NCBI GenBank assembly: GCA_000165345.1
Contig: CM000434.1
Coordinates: 640,001 to 704,000 of the forward strand
DNA: 64,000 bases
Direction: 5' to 3'
Position numbers and translations under genes: made by a program. The notes under the pieces are model-generated. The model was not told the DNA's origin. It worked only from the letters and a program-made list of their open reading frames with translations, and did no database searches. Every line of letters starts with the position of its first letter. Within the stretch, counting starts at the first letter, position 1. Below are positions 41,658 through 52,125 of the stretch, one piece after another.

Positions 41658-44474
41658 ATGAGTTTCGAAGAAAGAATTTCAAGTGAAAATGGAGGAATCG
41701 AGATTTTGGGAGGTGCAAATCTTGTATGTGGGGTAACAGATTCTAGCCGTGGCTTAGTTTCTGTGTCAGACTTGAGTCCAAATCTCTCTGGAATAAAAGT
41801 TCAGTTTGGAGATCCCTCCCCTATTTGTGGAATTACTGGGCAGGATGCTTTGGGTGGCTTCCAATCTATCAACCAAAAGACCAAAAGCTCTGAGATAGGA
41901 ACAACTTTAAATGAATCTTTTCTGGTTTCAATTTCGGAGCTCAGATACATTGTTTTGATATGTATCCGATGGAGACTTCAAAATAGCTCCGAGCTGTCTT
42001 CAAACGTAAGTACAATCTTGGGAATTGGAACTGGAAGTTCAATCGCTCCAGTAGACTCCCCTTCAACATGTGGTGAGGAGTCTATAACTCCTTCCAAGGA
42101 GTATCTAGTATCTAATATCTTTCTCTACAGATCCTGTATTAGCGATTCTCATAGAGTGGAGCTAGAATTTCAGGTTGTTAGAGATATCTTGAGGCTTATA
42201 GACCCAACAGTTGAGTCTGGAGGCCGACATTTCTCTGGAAGGCTTGTCAATAGTGCCAACAGAAACATTATCAAGGAACTTGCTGGAGGGTTGGATTCCC
42301 AGGAGGCTAATGAAATGAGAAATGCTGAGAGTGTCTTGGGTTCTCAGTTCCTTCTGAGCAAGCTTCCATTTCCCAATTACGGGACTTTTCTTGGGAAGGA
42401 GACTGCTGAGTACACAATAGGTGATATAATCAACACTACAGAACATCCAACTGGACTAAACCTGGCCAATGTTGCCAGTACTCCCTCTATATTGGGAATT
42501 CTTCTCAAGTACTTTGATGTTTCCTGGCCGAGTCATATTTTTGAAAGTCTTCTTAAGAGTGATGTGGTTGGAGGCGGACTTCAGCAACAAGAAGACAATA
42601 TTAGTTCAACTGTCAAGGATTCTGGAGATGTTTCTCTTTCCTTGGGGTCTTTTACGCACGTTTTGGGCTTATGTAAGCCTTGTGTTTTTGTCAATAAGAC
42701 CAATAAGAAGTGTAGAAACGGTGTACATTGTTGTTTCTGCCATTTTCAGCATAAAGAAAGGAAGAGAGGCAAGAGGTATAAGTCTTCTGCTAACTGCTCC
42801 TCGACATCTAATTCCTGTAATAACTCTGGGGCTGGAACAGGAGTATGTTTGACTTCCTCTTCAGGGCAACCGAGCCATTCAGGGGCAAACAATTCTGGAG
42901 GTATTGCAAGTAATTATGAAGAACTTGGAGGAGGTATCGGGAATACCTCAGGATTTGGAGTCACATCAAATGGGGCCGGTATACTAAATGTTGAGGGCTT
43001 CTCCAAACAGGATATATCAGCTTTAGCTGAAGATTGTCTGCGGGTTTCCTCAATATCTCCAGCATCTATAAGAGGGCCCCACAACATATTTGGATCTAAT
43101 CGTTCTGAACTGTCTCAAGGGGCAGTGGGGCTTAGTTCTATTCAGCCTGCAGGTATGACAGCGGCTTCGGGATCACAATGTCTCCCAGATGTACTCTTCT
43201 CTCACCATGGATCCCAACAGCTCCAGAGGTACCCTTTGAAAGCTAATCAAGGCGCTAACAACCCTCTAACATCTTTCCAATCATCGGCCAGGAGCAATTC
43301 TGTCTTTGGAAAATCGTCTTGTCCTACAGGAAGTGAACAGCAACAGCAAATGCCAGTTAGATATCTTGTACCTCCTCCACCTCCACCTCCTTCCAAGACA
43401 TCAGGTGCTCTTCAAATATTTCAGAATGAAAAGGATGTCAATTTCCGAGATAACTCAAACCCTGTTGCAACATCGACTTCGGCAGGGTTTAACCAGCTCG
43501 GGACAAATTATCAGAAGGGTAGCTCTGACAAACATTCAATGAGGATTCCTGGATTAGTGTTGGATTCATGCCCATTCCAAAGCTCCCAAGGAGCTTCTCA
43601 GTCCTTTAATGACTCATTTTTTGGAGATTTTATTGGTTATAACAAATTGATCAATGAGGCTTCGGAGATGAATAACTGGATATCAGCCAATAACCCGGAG
43701 AACTCGTCTAATGCTATAAATCAAAACTCAAAGGTATATGGCTGCTTTCAGTGGCTCGATCAGCCAGAAATTGGTGAATCCATAGTCGATGCTTGGGGAG
43801 TAGGAAATACCTTTGACTCATTTATAAAGGGAAATGGTGCCAGTACCAGCCCTCAAAACTTGAATCAATGTCTTTATGATTCTCATTCATATTCTAAAGC
43901 TGCTCAAGATTGGACCTTTGCATCATCTATCATTAAGAATTCTTCAATAAACGCTTCCAATAGTGCTTCAGAGTCATCTTTTACTGTTAATAATCATAGC
44001 AACCTAGTAAATCCAAATTCTGCGTCTTCTCTACAGATCTCCACCAGCCAGCCCTCTTCCCAGAAGCTAAGAGAGTCTATTATCGGTTCACCATTAAACC
44101 TGGAGGCCAGCAGCATTAATTTCCATGACCAGGCTCAAACTCAATCTCAAGCCCAGGTTCAGAGTAGTCAGGCTTTACCTGAACTTGCTGAGGGAGTCCC
44201 AAATAGTCATAATGACTACTTTTTGAGCTCGCCTAGTGTATTTAATTCCAATGCTACAACCTCTTCACTCCCATCATCTCTTTCAGATAACAATAATATC
44301 AATAACGGCTCTTTCATTATGCCAAGTGGAAGTGTCGTTCCTCCATTTTTAAGAGGTAACCAGGGAGCTGGAGTTTCTTCTGAATACTCTGACTGTTCTC
44401 CTTTATCCTTTTTAACAGGAGGAGGAGCAACTAACTTTGGGATGGATTTCTGTTTCCTTAACTCATGGAAGTAG
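41658..44474 (+). CDS. low-complexity protein with a single CCCH-type zinc finger
   Basis: 938 aa, rich in S/N/G/Q, with a PPPPPPPS run. CKPCVFVNKTNKKCRNGVHCCFCH fits C-x9-C-x5-C-x3-H. Confidence 0.5.
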   Translation: MSFEERISSENGGIEILGGANLVCGVTDSSRGLVSVSDLSPNLSGIKVQFGDPSPICGITGQDALGGFQSINQKTKSSEIGTTLNESFLVSISELRYIVLICIRWRLQNSSELSSNVSTILGIGTGSSIAPVDSPSTCGEESITPSKEYLVSNIFLYRSCISDSHRVELEFQVVRDILRLIDPTVESGGRHFSGRLVNSANRNIIKELAGGLDSQEANEMRNAESVLGSQFLLSKLPFPNYGTFLGKETAEYTIGDIINTTEHPTGLNLANVASTPSILGILLKYFDVSWPSHIFESLLKSDVVGGGLQQQEDNISSTVKDSGDVSLSLGSFTHVLGLCKPCVFVNKTNKKCRNGVHCCFCHFQHKERKRGKRYKSSANCSSTSNSCNNSGAGTGVCLTSSSGQPSHSGANNSGGIASNYEELGGGIGNTSGFGVTSNGAGILNVEGFSKQDISALAEDCLRVSSISPASIRGPHNIFGSNRSELSQGAVGLSSIQPAGMTAASGSQCLPDVLFSHHGSQQLQRYPLKANQGANNPLTSFQSSARSNSVFGKSSCPTGSEQQQQMPVRYLVPPPPPPPSKTSGALQIFQNEKDVNFRDNSNPVATSTSAGFNQLGTNYQKGSSDKHSMRIPGLVLDSCPFQSSQGASQSFNDSFFGDFIGYNKLINEASEMNNWISANNPENSSNAINQNSKVYGCFQWLDQPEIGESIVDAWGVGNTFDSFIKGNGASTSPQNLNQCLYDSHSYSKAAQDWTFASSIIKNSSINASNSASESSFTVNNHSNLVNPNSASSLQISTSQPSSQKLRESIIGSPLNLEASSINFHDQAQTQSQAQVQSSQALPELAEGVPNSHNDYFLSSPSVFNSNATTSSLPSSLSDNNNINNGSFIMPSGSVVPPFLRGNQGAGVSSEYSDCSPLSFLTGGGATNFGMDFCFLNSWK

Positions 44475-44847
44475 GAGAGGGGTGCACCGATAATGCGACT
44501 AAGGGTTTGACACAAACATGTCGTGGATACCTAACTCCAGAATGTGCATCTTATCTGCCTAGTTCTTTAAAATAAGATGATGGGATTTCTAAAAGAGAGA
44601 TAATAAAAGATCAAAGATGTAATGTTATCAGGAAAGTGGAAAAGAAGAGACTCCATGAGAGAAATAGCGGAGGAAAAGTAGAGTAAGACATGCCAGAGAA
44701 GTTGTAGGTAACGTAAATAGTGTTTTGTCTGAAATTTCGGTTAGAATGTTGACTAATGAGACAAATTGTTTTCTCTGCATAGATTAATGTGGATATCAGT
44801 ATAACGATATTCTAGTCATGAAATAATAATTGTTAATAATCCGAGTT

Positions 44848-45588
44848 CTATTCCTTCTTTCTACGTTTTTCCTCCTCTTCTTGTTGTTTTCTGATTAGAA
44901 TGACTACAATCTTAGTAAAGAGGTTGACAGCATCAAGGTAAAGCTGAATAGAGTGAAGAAGGAAATCTCTTTCACCATATGCAATAGCTTCAAGAGTCTT
45001 TTGGGTATCGTAGTAAATATAAAATGAGTAAACCATAACAAAAGCATAGGATAAAAGTGAATCAACAAATTTGGATCTTGTGAAGATATTAAAGAATGAT
45101 ACAAGTCCAAGATATGCAATAGTTGTGAAAATAAAAGAAGTAGTATATAGAGAAAGTCTCTTCTTAGTGAATAAAACTCCAAAAGATAGCGAAATAAAGA
45201 TAATACATGTGGTTGCAAGAGCTGTGGGAATGATAACAGGATTAACAAAGTTACTAAATAGAATCAAAGGTCCAAGTCCATTACCAATTACAAAGCATAG
45301 TAACAAATAGGCTGCTAAACGTTTAATGGAAATAGAGCTCTTATTAGATGATGATGCTGTCAAATAGAATGTGACACCAATTCCAGCCAAAAGACCAACA
45401 AATGAGTTGATTCTTAACATTCCATTAATAAATGCAGTCACCCCAAATACTGTCATAAATGAACCAGCAATAATAGAGGAGTACATTTTTAACAAGTGGG
45501 TTTGCTGAATTGAAGTCAGATCTGATGAATTAAAGAAGTTTCCACTGAACTGGGACTTTCTTGAATTAGTTGCAAAGAATGATTCCAT
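44848..45588 (-). CDS. Bax inhibitor-1 (TMBIM6 family)
   Basis: 246 aa with 7 predicted TM helices. GNGLGPLILF, FDTQ...AIAYGERDFLLHSIQLYLDAVNLF and the basic KRRKKE C-terminus match BI-1. Confidence 0.8.
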   Translation of the reverse strand: MESFFATNSRKSQFSGNFFNSSDLTSIQQTHLLKMYSSIIAGSFMTVFGVTAFINGMLRINSFVGLLAGIGVTFYLTASSSNKSSISIKRLAAYLLLCFVIGNGLGPLILFSNFVNPVIIPTALATTCIIFISLSFGVLFTKKRLSLYTTSFIFTTIAYLGLVSFFNIFTRSKFVDSLLSYAFVMVYSFYIYYDTQKTLEAIAYGERDFLLHSIQLYLDAVNLFTKIVVILIRKQQEEEEKRRKKE

Positions 45589-46143
45589 TTTTTTTTAATT
45601 TTAATTGAATCTTAGTCAATTCGAGTTGTGTGTTTGAATTTACAAAATCTAATAGAGGTTGTTCGCTATAATAAGGATAAACGACTGTATGCCTTTGTTC
45701 CTTCGCAAATTTTCTTTCTGTTTACAATTTAAAGGCAATAATTAAATAAAAATCCAACTTTCTTTGTCAGATCTTTCTTTCTTTTTGTTTTACCCTGAAT
45801 CCTGGCATTTCTTAATTTTGTTTAATACCGGTATGTGAGCGTCTTGTCTACTGACTTTTAAAAATATTTATTAATGGCAGGAAAGAAATGGAATTTTGTT
45901 ATTGGGCGGGAATTGTTGGAAGTGGTGGGAAAATTGGTGTGTTAGGTATGAATTACGTGTTTGAGCGGCAATTTCATGCAAGTTAGGGTTGGATGGGGGG
46001 ACTAGAGGGAAGAGGGTGCGAATATGCAGTGGTTGTAGCAATACAGTGCATGCATGTGTTTACAATGAACATGTAGGGAAGAAGTGAAAAGAGAGGAGAG
46101 AAAAGGAGAGGAAAACGAGAGTAAAGAGATGAGGGGAGTGAGA

Positions 46144-46188
<45 letters not shown>

Positions 46189-46258
46189 GAAAAATCATTA
46201 TTAAGGATAAAAAGCTAATATAGCAGTTATTTTCAAGAGTTCAAGTATTGATGAACAA

Positions 46259-47389
46259 TTACTTGGTGACTTTGAATGACTGAACAAGCTGTAAAAGCTC
46301 TTTGGCCCTAGGGTCAGTATTAAAATGGTCACGAATTGGTTGTAGCATAAGGTTCAAAGCGTCAGAAAGACCTTTTTTCAAATCACCAGGGTGAAGATCG
46401 CCACTAAGATAAGCCTTATGGAAATCTTCTTTATTGGTAAAGGTGATATCACCACCATACTCTTCTTTTCTAGAAACATGGAAATGACCGAATTTGGGGA
46501 ATACTAGAGTATTAATATATTCAATGCATGGATTTCCTTCAATAATGCCTGGAGGACAGAAAGCCTTTTTAATTTTTTTAACAACAGCTTCAGGAGTATC
46601 TTCAACAAATATTGCAGAAGAAGTGTCAGATTTTGACATTTTTTCTTGTCCTTCAAGTAACCCAGGAAGCATCTTATGGGAAAGGATTACAGGTTTATGT
46701 TTGATTCCAGCTGCATCACAGTATTCTCTAGCAAGCATGTTAACTTTTCTTTGATCCATACCTAACTGGCAAATATCTGCCTTGAGTTGGAATATATCAG
46801 CACATTGCATGCATGGATAAAATACTGAAGCACACGGTTGTTCATCATTTTCTTGTCTTCCCATAATTTGGCAACATCTTTTAATTCTAGTAATATTAAA
46901 CTTTCTAGAAATATCAAAAACTCTTAACCAATACTCATTAGAATCTTCCCCATTAATAAAATCAGATGCCCAAACAAATCTTACATTTGTCATATCCATT
47001 CCTGCAGCCTTCCATATGTGAACGAAATATTCACCAACAATCTTAATTTTTTCAAGATCACCACCCATCTTATTATTGAGCAGAGCAAACCAATCTGCTA
47101 CGTAGAATACAAAAACGCATCCGCATTCAGTTAACTTATTTACATTAATAGTCTTTAATATACATTGAGCAATATGCATTCTTCCTGAAGGTTCAAATCC
47201 ATCATAACAAATTGGATGTTCTTTTCTCTTTAATAATTCCAACAATTCTGCTTCTTGAATACATTCTTCACCAACTGATAAACATAACTTATGTCTTTCC
47301 TCCAAAGTTAACTTTGATCTTTTCAATGGCTCTTCACTTCCTTTCAAAATGTATTTGGGGATAGTTTCAGTACAACTATTAGATGACAT
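46259..47389 (-). CDS. tyrosyl-tRNA synthetase (class I, archaeal/eukaryotic type)
   Basis: 376 aa. CYDGFEPSGRMHIAQ corresponds to the HIGH region, a KMSKS motif is present, and AFCPPGIIEGNP resembles the TyrRS AYCP..EGNP segment. Confidence 0.85.
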   Translation of the reverse strand: MSSNSCTETIPKYILKGSEEPLKRSKLTLEERHKLCLSVGEECIQEAELLELLKRKEHPICYDGFEPSGRMHIAQCILKTINVNKLTECGCVFVFYVADWFALLNNKMGGDLEKIKIVGEYFVHIWKAAGMDMTNVRFVWASDFINGEDSNEYWLRVFDISRKFNITRIKRCCQIMGRQENDEQPCASVFYPCMQCADIFQLKADICQLGMDQRKVNMLAREYCDAAGIKHKPVILSHKMLPGLLEGQEKMSKSDTSSAIFVEDTPEAVVKKIKKAFCPPGIIEGNPCIEYINTLVFPKFGHFHVSRKEEYGGDITFTNKEDFHKAYLSGDLHPGDLKKGLSDALNLMLQPIRDHFNTDPRAKELLQLVQSFKVTK

Positions 47390-48070
47390 ATTTCCAACAA
47401 GTTCTTTATGAGAAGTTTATTTTTCTTTTTCTTGAAGAATCTTTCTCCCTTTAAACCTCTTTTTCAGTCCTAAATGATCTTTTCCAGTCTAAACTATTTA
47501 AAAGAACTTTGAGCGCCAAAGACACACTAATTATTTGCCCTATAATAACTTGAGTCATGAATTCAGAACTTCTAGAATTACTTTTTTTGGCATATTTCCT
47601 CCTTTAAGTCGTTCAAAGTGTGTTTTAGTACACTCTAAAGCTATGAGTAGTGTTTATAGGAAGGAAAAAGAAGGAAAAATGGTAAAATTTGTTAGCATGT
47701 AATATTTAAATTCTAAAAATTAAAGATATAATCGAAGTAACTAGAGCCTAAAGATAGAAACAAATAAATAATTTAAAATTTAGATAACTATTTAGATTGC
47801 AAAATGCGAATTATGAATATTTATTTTAAAAAAAGAAAATAAAGTCAAAAAGAAAAGCAGTAATTTCCCACTGCGTATTTTCATTCATTTTTACATTATT
47901 ATATACCAGCATGAGACGAAATGAGCGGGAAAATCTCCGGGCCATAAAATACTAAAATAAATTGAAGGAAAAGAATCAATTTGAAGGAGGAAGAAGGAAG
48001 AGCAAATCTTCTCAATGAATTAGTTCAAGTATAATGGAAATAGTATTAAATCACTTAATACATACAGGCA

Positions 48071-48958
48071 ATGCAAAAGTCATTGTCTATACATAAGCAT
48101 AAGATGGTGTTAAAGTTATTATTAACATCACTTTTGGGATTATTAAATATTATTGTGTGGGCCAATGGAGAAGAGCGAGAACCATTTTGTTTGGAGATTT
48201 ACGACAATAAAAATGATGAAAAGCATCTCCCATACTATTTCTTGAACGAGTTCCCAATCTGTAAAGAGCATGAAAGACGAACTTGCTGTAAAAAAAGTCA
48301 TTCTGAGGCAATTTCAAGACTTTTCTCAACATTAGTAGCAAGATCATCCCTTTCTACCAGATGTTCAAACTTTTACCAAAAGTCTTTATGTTCATACTGT
48401 GATGCAGATATAGGTGTTGGAAAAAAAGTTATACAGAAATCCCCAATCCTTTGTCAATCTTACTGTAACCTATGGTATGATGCTTGCTACGAAGATTACT
48501 TTGATAATATACAAAACTCCTATATACGAAATATTGAAGATATATCTTTTATTCGATTAAATCTTATTCCCTGTACGGATTCATCAGCTATTTGTTCCCC
48601 TTTACATGCAATTACATTAGACCCTACAGAGTTTTGTTCCTTAAATGGGTTCTCCACTCATCAAGATTTTCATTCATCATCAGGGCCTGCAAGTCTCACT
48701 GAGTACAATACAGAATGTTTTAATGGTATTCCGGCAGCTTCGGTTCTTAAACCTGGAATTAGACAAAAGACCCAAAGTTACAAATATAAAAGATCGCAGT
48801 ATAGTAAAAAGCCAAAGGCTAAAAACAAATTTTATCAAATTATTCAGGATCATATTAACGTTTTCTTGGAAAACGTTAAGGTTCCTTTACCTGTTATTGT
48901 CTTTATTTCTATCATTTCGATTTGGATTATTAACCAAGTCATAAACTTTTTTATCTAG
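48071..48958 (+). CDS. cysteine-rich secreted/membrane protein
   Basis: 295 aa with an N-terminal signal peptide, more than 16 Cys including CC pairs, and a C-terminal hydrophobic segment (VIVFISIISIWIINQVINFFI) consistent with a TM or GPI signal. Confidence 0.5.
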   Translation: MQKSLSIHKHKMVLKLLLTSLLGLLNIIVWANGEEREPFCLEIYDNKNDEKHLPYYFLNEFPICKEHERRTCCKKSHSEAISRLFSTLVARSSLSTRCSNFYQKSLCSYCDADIGVGKKVIQKSPILCQSYCNLWYDACYEDYFDNIQNSYIRNIEDISFIRLNLIPCTDSSAICSPLHAITLDPTEFCSLNGFSTHQDFHSSSGPASLTEYNTECFNGIPAASVLKPGIRQKTQSYKYKRSQYSKKPKAKNKFYQIIQDHINVFLENVKVPLPVIVFISIISIWIINQVINFFI

Positions 48959-49606
48959 CTTTATACTTAAGCCCGTATACATTTAGAAAATTCCCATTAT
49001 ATATCTTTATTTATCTAATCTTTCTCATTTATTTATTTCTTGACTTCTATAGGTTTACTTTGAATAATTCAATCCTCCGATATATTTCTACGCCACGCAA
49101 TTTGGCGGTAAGAACATGCACGCATGCACTTGCAAATTTTGCAAACGGTAATATTTTCTATGTATACAAATGGTACAAATAGAAAAGTGAGTAACCTGTT
49201 GAGATATATTTGAATTAAAATATTTGAGGTCGAGAATAGAGTTTTATCTGGAAATTTAATATTTTGAGCAACAGTTTACTAAATGTTTTATGTTGGTTTT
49301 CACATTCCTAAAGCGGTAATTTTATAATTTCCAGTGAGAATGCTCAGAAATGGATGCTGTGGTATGTGGGGAGGGAATGACGAAAAGCTTAAGGGAATAT
49401 ATGCAAAAGACAATACATATATTTCGAAAAAAAATAATTATAATTAAATGTAAAGGTATCAATATAATAACATGTAACGGTAAATTATTGCCATTTTTAA
49501 GTAAACAAACTTCTCTATTTTCAATACCTAAATTTAAACCATAAATCCATGTAATTATAGGGATTGCTTATGATAAAAACGTTAATCACTATAAAACATA
49601 ACAAGG

Positions 49607-50389
49607 ATGAAAGATATTAAAAAAGTCGCTGAAACCATTAAATTATTGGTTGCATATAGGGAAAAAAGTGTGAGAATATTTGGGGATGGACTTGACTTAA
49701 GAGCTCCAATTCAGCCATTATTTCCAACCAAAGCTGAGAACATTTCTGGAACAGAGAATTCTATATCCAGATCAAGCTTAGAATCAAGGACCATTACAAC
49801 TGATGCTGCTGATTTGTTGAATGAGCTTGCAGCAATGCACTACGAATGGGCATTGGATAACTATGCAAAGGTAAGAACTAGAGACCATCAGGAACAGCAG
49901 AAAAAATGCTCAGCTATCCAAAAGGAGGAAATAGCAGCTCCAAGCCCATATTTGAGCTACTTATCTAGCCAATACGATGGAATTGACAGTCCAATCGTGG
50001 GTGAGATACTTGAAAATAAGCACGGATATATTGTAATGGAATGTATTCTACTACTACTTAACCAAAACAATTCTATTGAGTATGGTACAGAGCATTTTAA
50101 AAAGTATGCAAGTTTAATGCTTCTTTTAAGTGATATACTTAGATGCATGAAGAGACAAAAATCTTTGCATTGCGATACAATGGACTTCCATGTACTAGTG
50201 GATATTTTATTCAGAGAAATGGTTATCATGAGAGACTCTGGTTTTGCACTATTCGAGTACGTTTCATGCCTAAATATAGTTATCAAATGTATTGCTTCAA
50301 CAAAGGAAAAGTATAGATGGGGTGAGGCTACTTCCCTTCTTTCAGTTACAGAATCTCTGATTGAAGGGTTTGGGGTTTCATCTCAATGA
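49607..50389 (+). CDS. hypothetical protein
   Basis: 260-aa ORF, no recognised domain. Confidence 0.4.
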   Translation: MKDIKKVAETIKLLVAYREKSVRIFGDGLDLRAPIQPLFPTKAENISGTENSISRSSLESRTITTDAADLLNELAAMHYEWALDNYAKVRTRDHQEQQKKCSAIQKEEIAAPSPYLSYLSSQYDGIDSPIVGEILENKHGYIVMECILLLLNQNNSIEYGTEHFKKYASLMLLLSDILRCMKRQKSLHCDTMDFHVLVDILFREMVIMRDSGFALFEYVSCLNIVIKCIASTKEKYRWGEATSLLSVTESLIEGFGVSSQ

Positions 50390-50528
50390 GTAGTTTGGAA
50401 TTGTACAAGAAAATTACTGGCAAATTTTTTTTACGTCATAAAAATGCCCATAGCATTTAAACAAATTGTTTAATTACTATCACAAATGTTCCCGCCAATG
50501 CTCACAGAATATATTTAAAATTTGGTAA

Positions 50529-51465
50529 ATGGTAAATAATTTGATTTGGAGGATCAGCAGGCCAATCTCCTCGAGAGTTTTCTCTGCCATACCATATTTT
50601 AGTAAGAGAACGCTTTTTCTGTCTTTTAAACGCTTCTTTCACTCAGATCCAGAACTATGGACCAAAGATGTTCATCCGAAGATGTAAGTTAATCTATTCT
50701 AGACTTAAGAAATTATAATTAAAGTTCAACTTTTTAATTCACCATTAATTGGATCCTTAGAGAACTTTCGTTTATATTGAGAGATGGTGAGAAGAAAGTT
50801 TTTAATGTAAGTTTAGAGATCTATATCTTTTATAAATACTTTAACCATTTAACTTTGCTATAACTCAGGCTCCAAAGAATATTTCTTTACTAGAAGCTGC
50901 TCAGCATGAAGAACTAGACATAGAAGGAGCATGCGAAGCATCTTTAGCATGTAGCACATGTCATGTCATTTTGGACAAAGTAAGTTTATTGAATAGATTA
51001 ACTGGGGACGAGGAAAAAAAAAGGAAACGGAACAAACTATCGGTCTAATTTCGATGTGAAGTTCCAAATAAATAACATAAAGATCTTCCTAATATAAAGA
51101 CCCAAAAATTCACAATTCATTTGCAAAAGGGGGATAACTATAAAAGCAAACATCTATTCTTCCTCAGATGCGCACAAACTAGAACTTGTCCATGAGACTT
51201 GCATCTTAACTTTGTGCTCTCATACCCTTAAAGGCCTCGCACTTATCCTTATTTTTCACTCTTTAATCCATAGGAAATTTATGATGAACTAGAACCGCCA
51301 TCAGAGAGAGAAGAGGATATGCTGGATATGGCACCGCAAGTTTGCGAAACTTCAAGATTAGCATGTCAAATCAAAGTCGACGAAAGACTGACAAAGGGTA
51401 ACATTCATCTTCCTAACATGACACGAAATTTCTATGTCGATGGATTTAAACCATCACCACACTAA
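50529..51465 (+). CDS. adrenodoxin-type [2Fe-2S] ferredoxin (mitochondrial/mitosomal Yah1-like), 5 exons
   Basis: The exons are 50529..50601, 50648..50684, 50761..50806, 50869..50979 and 51274..51465. The introns are 46, 76, 62 and 294 nt long. Their donors are GTAAGA, GTAAGT, GTAAGT and GTAAGT, and every acceptor is YAG. The spliced product has an Arg/Ser-rich presequence (MVNNLIWRISRPISSRVFSAIPYF). The mature part, FILRDGEKKVFNAPKNISLLEAAQHEELDIEGACEASLACSTCHVILDKEIYDELEPPSEREEDMLDMAPQVCETSRLACQ, aligns along its length with adrenodoxin (INRDGE...GACEGTLACSTCH...MLDLA...SRLGCQ). Confidence 0.7.
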
Positions 51466-51484
51466 GGCGGGAAGTTTTGGCGCC
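51466..51484. promoter_or_regulatory. E2F-like GGCGGGAAGTTTTGGCGCC, likely PABP promoter
   Basis: Starts 1 bp after the ferredoxin stop and lies 640 bp upstream of the PABP ATG. A purine-rich leader follows. Confidence 0.4.
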
Positions 51485-52008
51485 GAGCCACTTTGTATGC
51501 CGATACTTTTCCGTCTCTAATATATTTGGGAAGTTTAAGGTCGTGAAGAAAGAAAGGTTAGGAATAAAGATTATTTAATTACATAAGATCCCGCAAGGTA
51601 GACACGTATCCAAAGTAAATTTTAAGTCAGATTTGACAGGCAAGTATATTGTAAATAATGGTATTTGCGGATAACAATGACTTGTAAATCCACTAATACA
51701 GGCCCAGTTAATTTGGCGCTAAATGGTTAATTAGATTTAGTGAATTAATCAGAATGATTACGTCTAAAATAAGTGGAGCGTTATACGTAAAATGATTTAA
51801 GCACTATAAAGTAATTGAAATTAAAGTAAGAATAAGTAACGATGCACCAACGGCGACAGGAAAATATGTCCAGTAGAAATGAAGGTAATAAATGAATAGT
51901 ATTTTAATAGTATGATAATAAGGTCTAATGAGGTAATAGAGAGAAAAGGCTCCAGTCAAGAATAACATTGTAAATTTAAAGAAAAAATTCAAAAGGCTGT
52001 TTTTAGTC

Positions 52009-52032
52009 AAAAAAAAAAAAAAATAAAAAAAA
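52009..52032. promoter_or_regulatory. oligo(A) tract (A14TA8) in the presumed PABP 5' leader
   Basis: Direct read of the sequence; 95 bp upstream of the PABP ATG. Confidence 0.45.
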
Positions 52033-52125
52033 GACCATTGGTTGCAATTATAGTGACAAAGGGTCGCCCTATAGTTCTAGCCAAACAAATACATCAGATT
52101 TTTGTGAAGAAGGCCTATTGGAAAG

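Noticed and set aside
50661-50684. ATGGACCAAAGATGTTCATCCGAAGAT as the first ferredoxin exon
   Set aside because: Joining it to the RDGEKK exon gives an in-frame stop in both possible phases. The start at 50529 with a 46-nt first intron is the only arrangement that keeps the frame.
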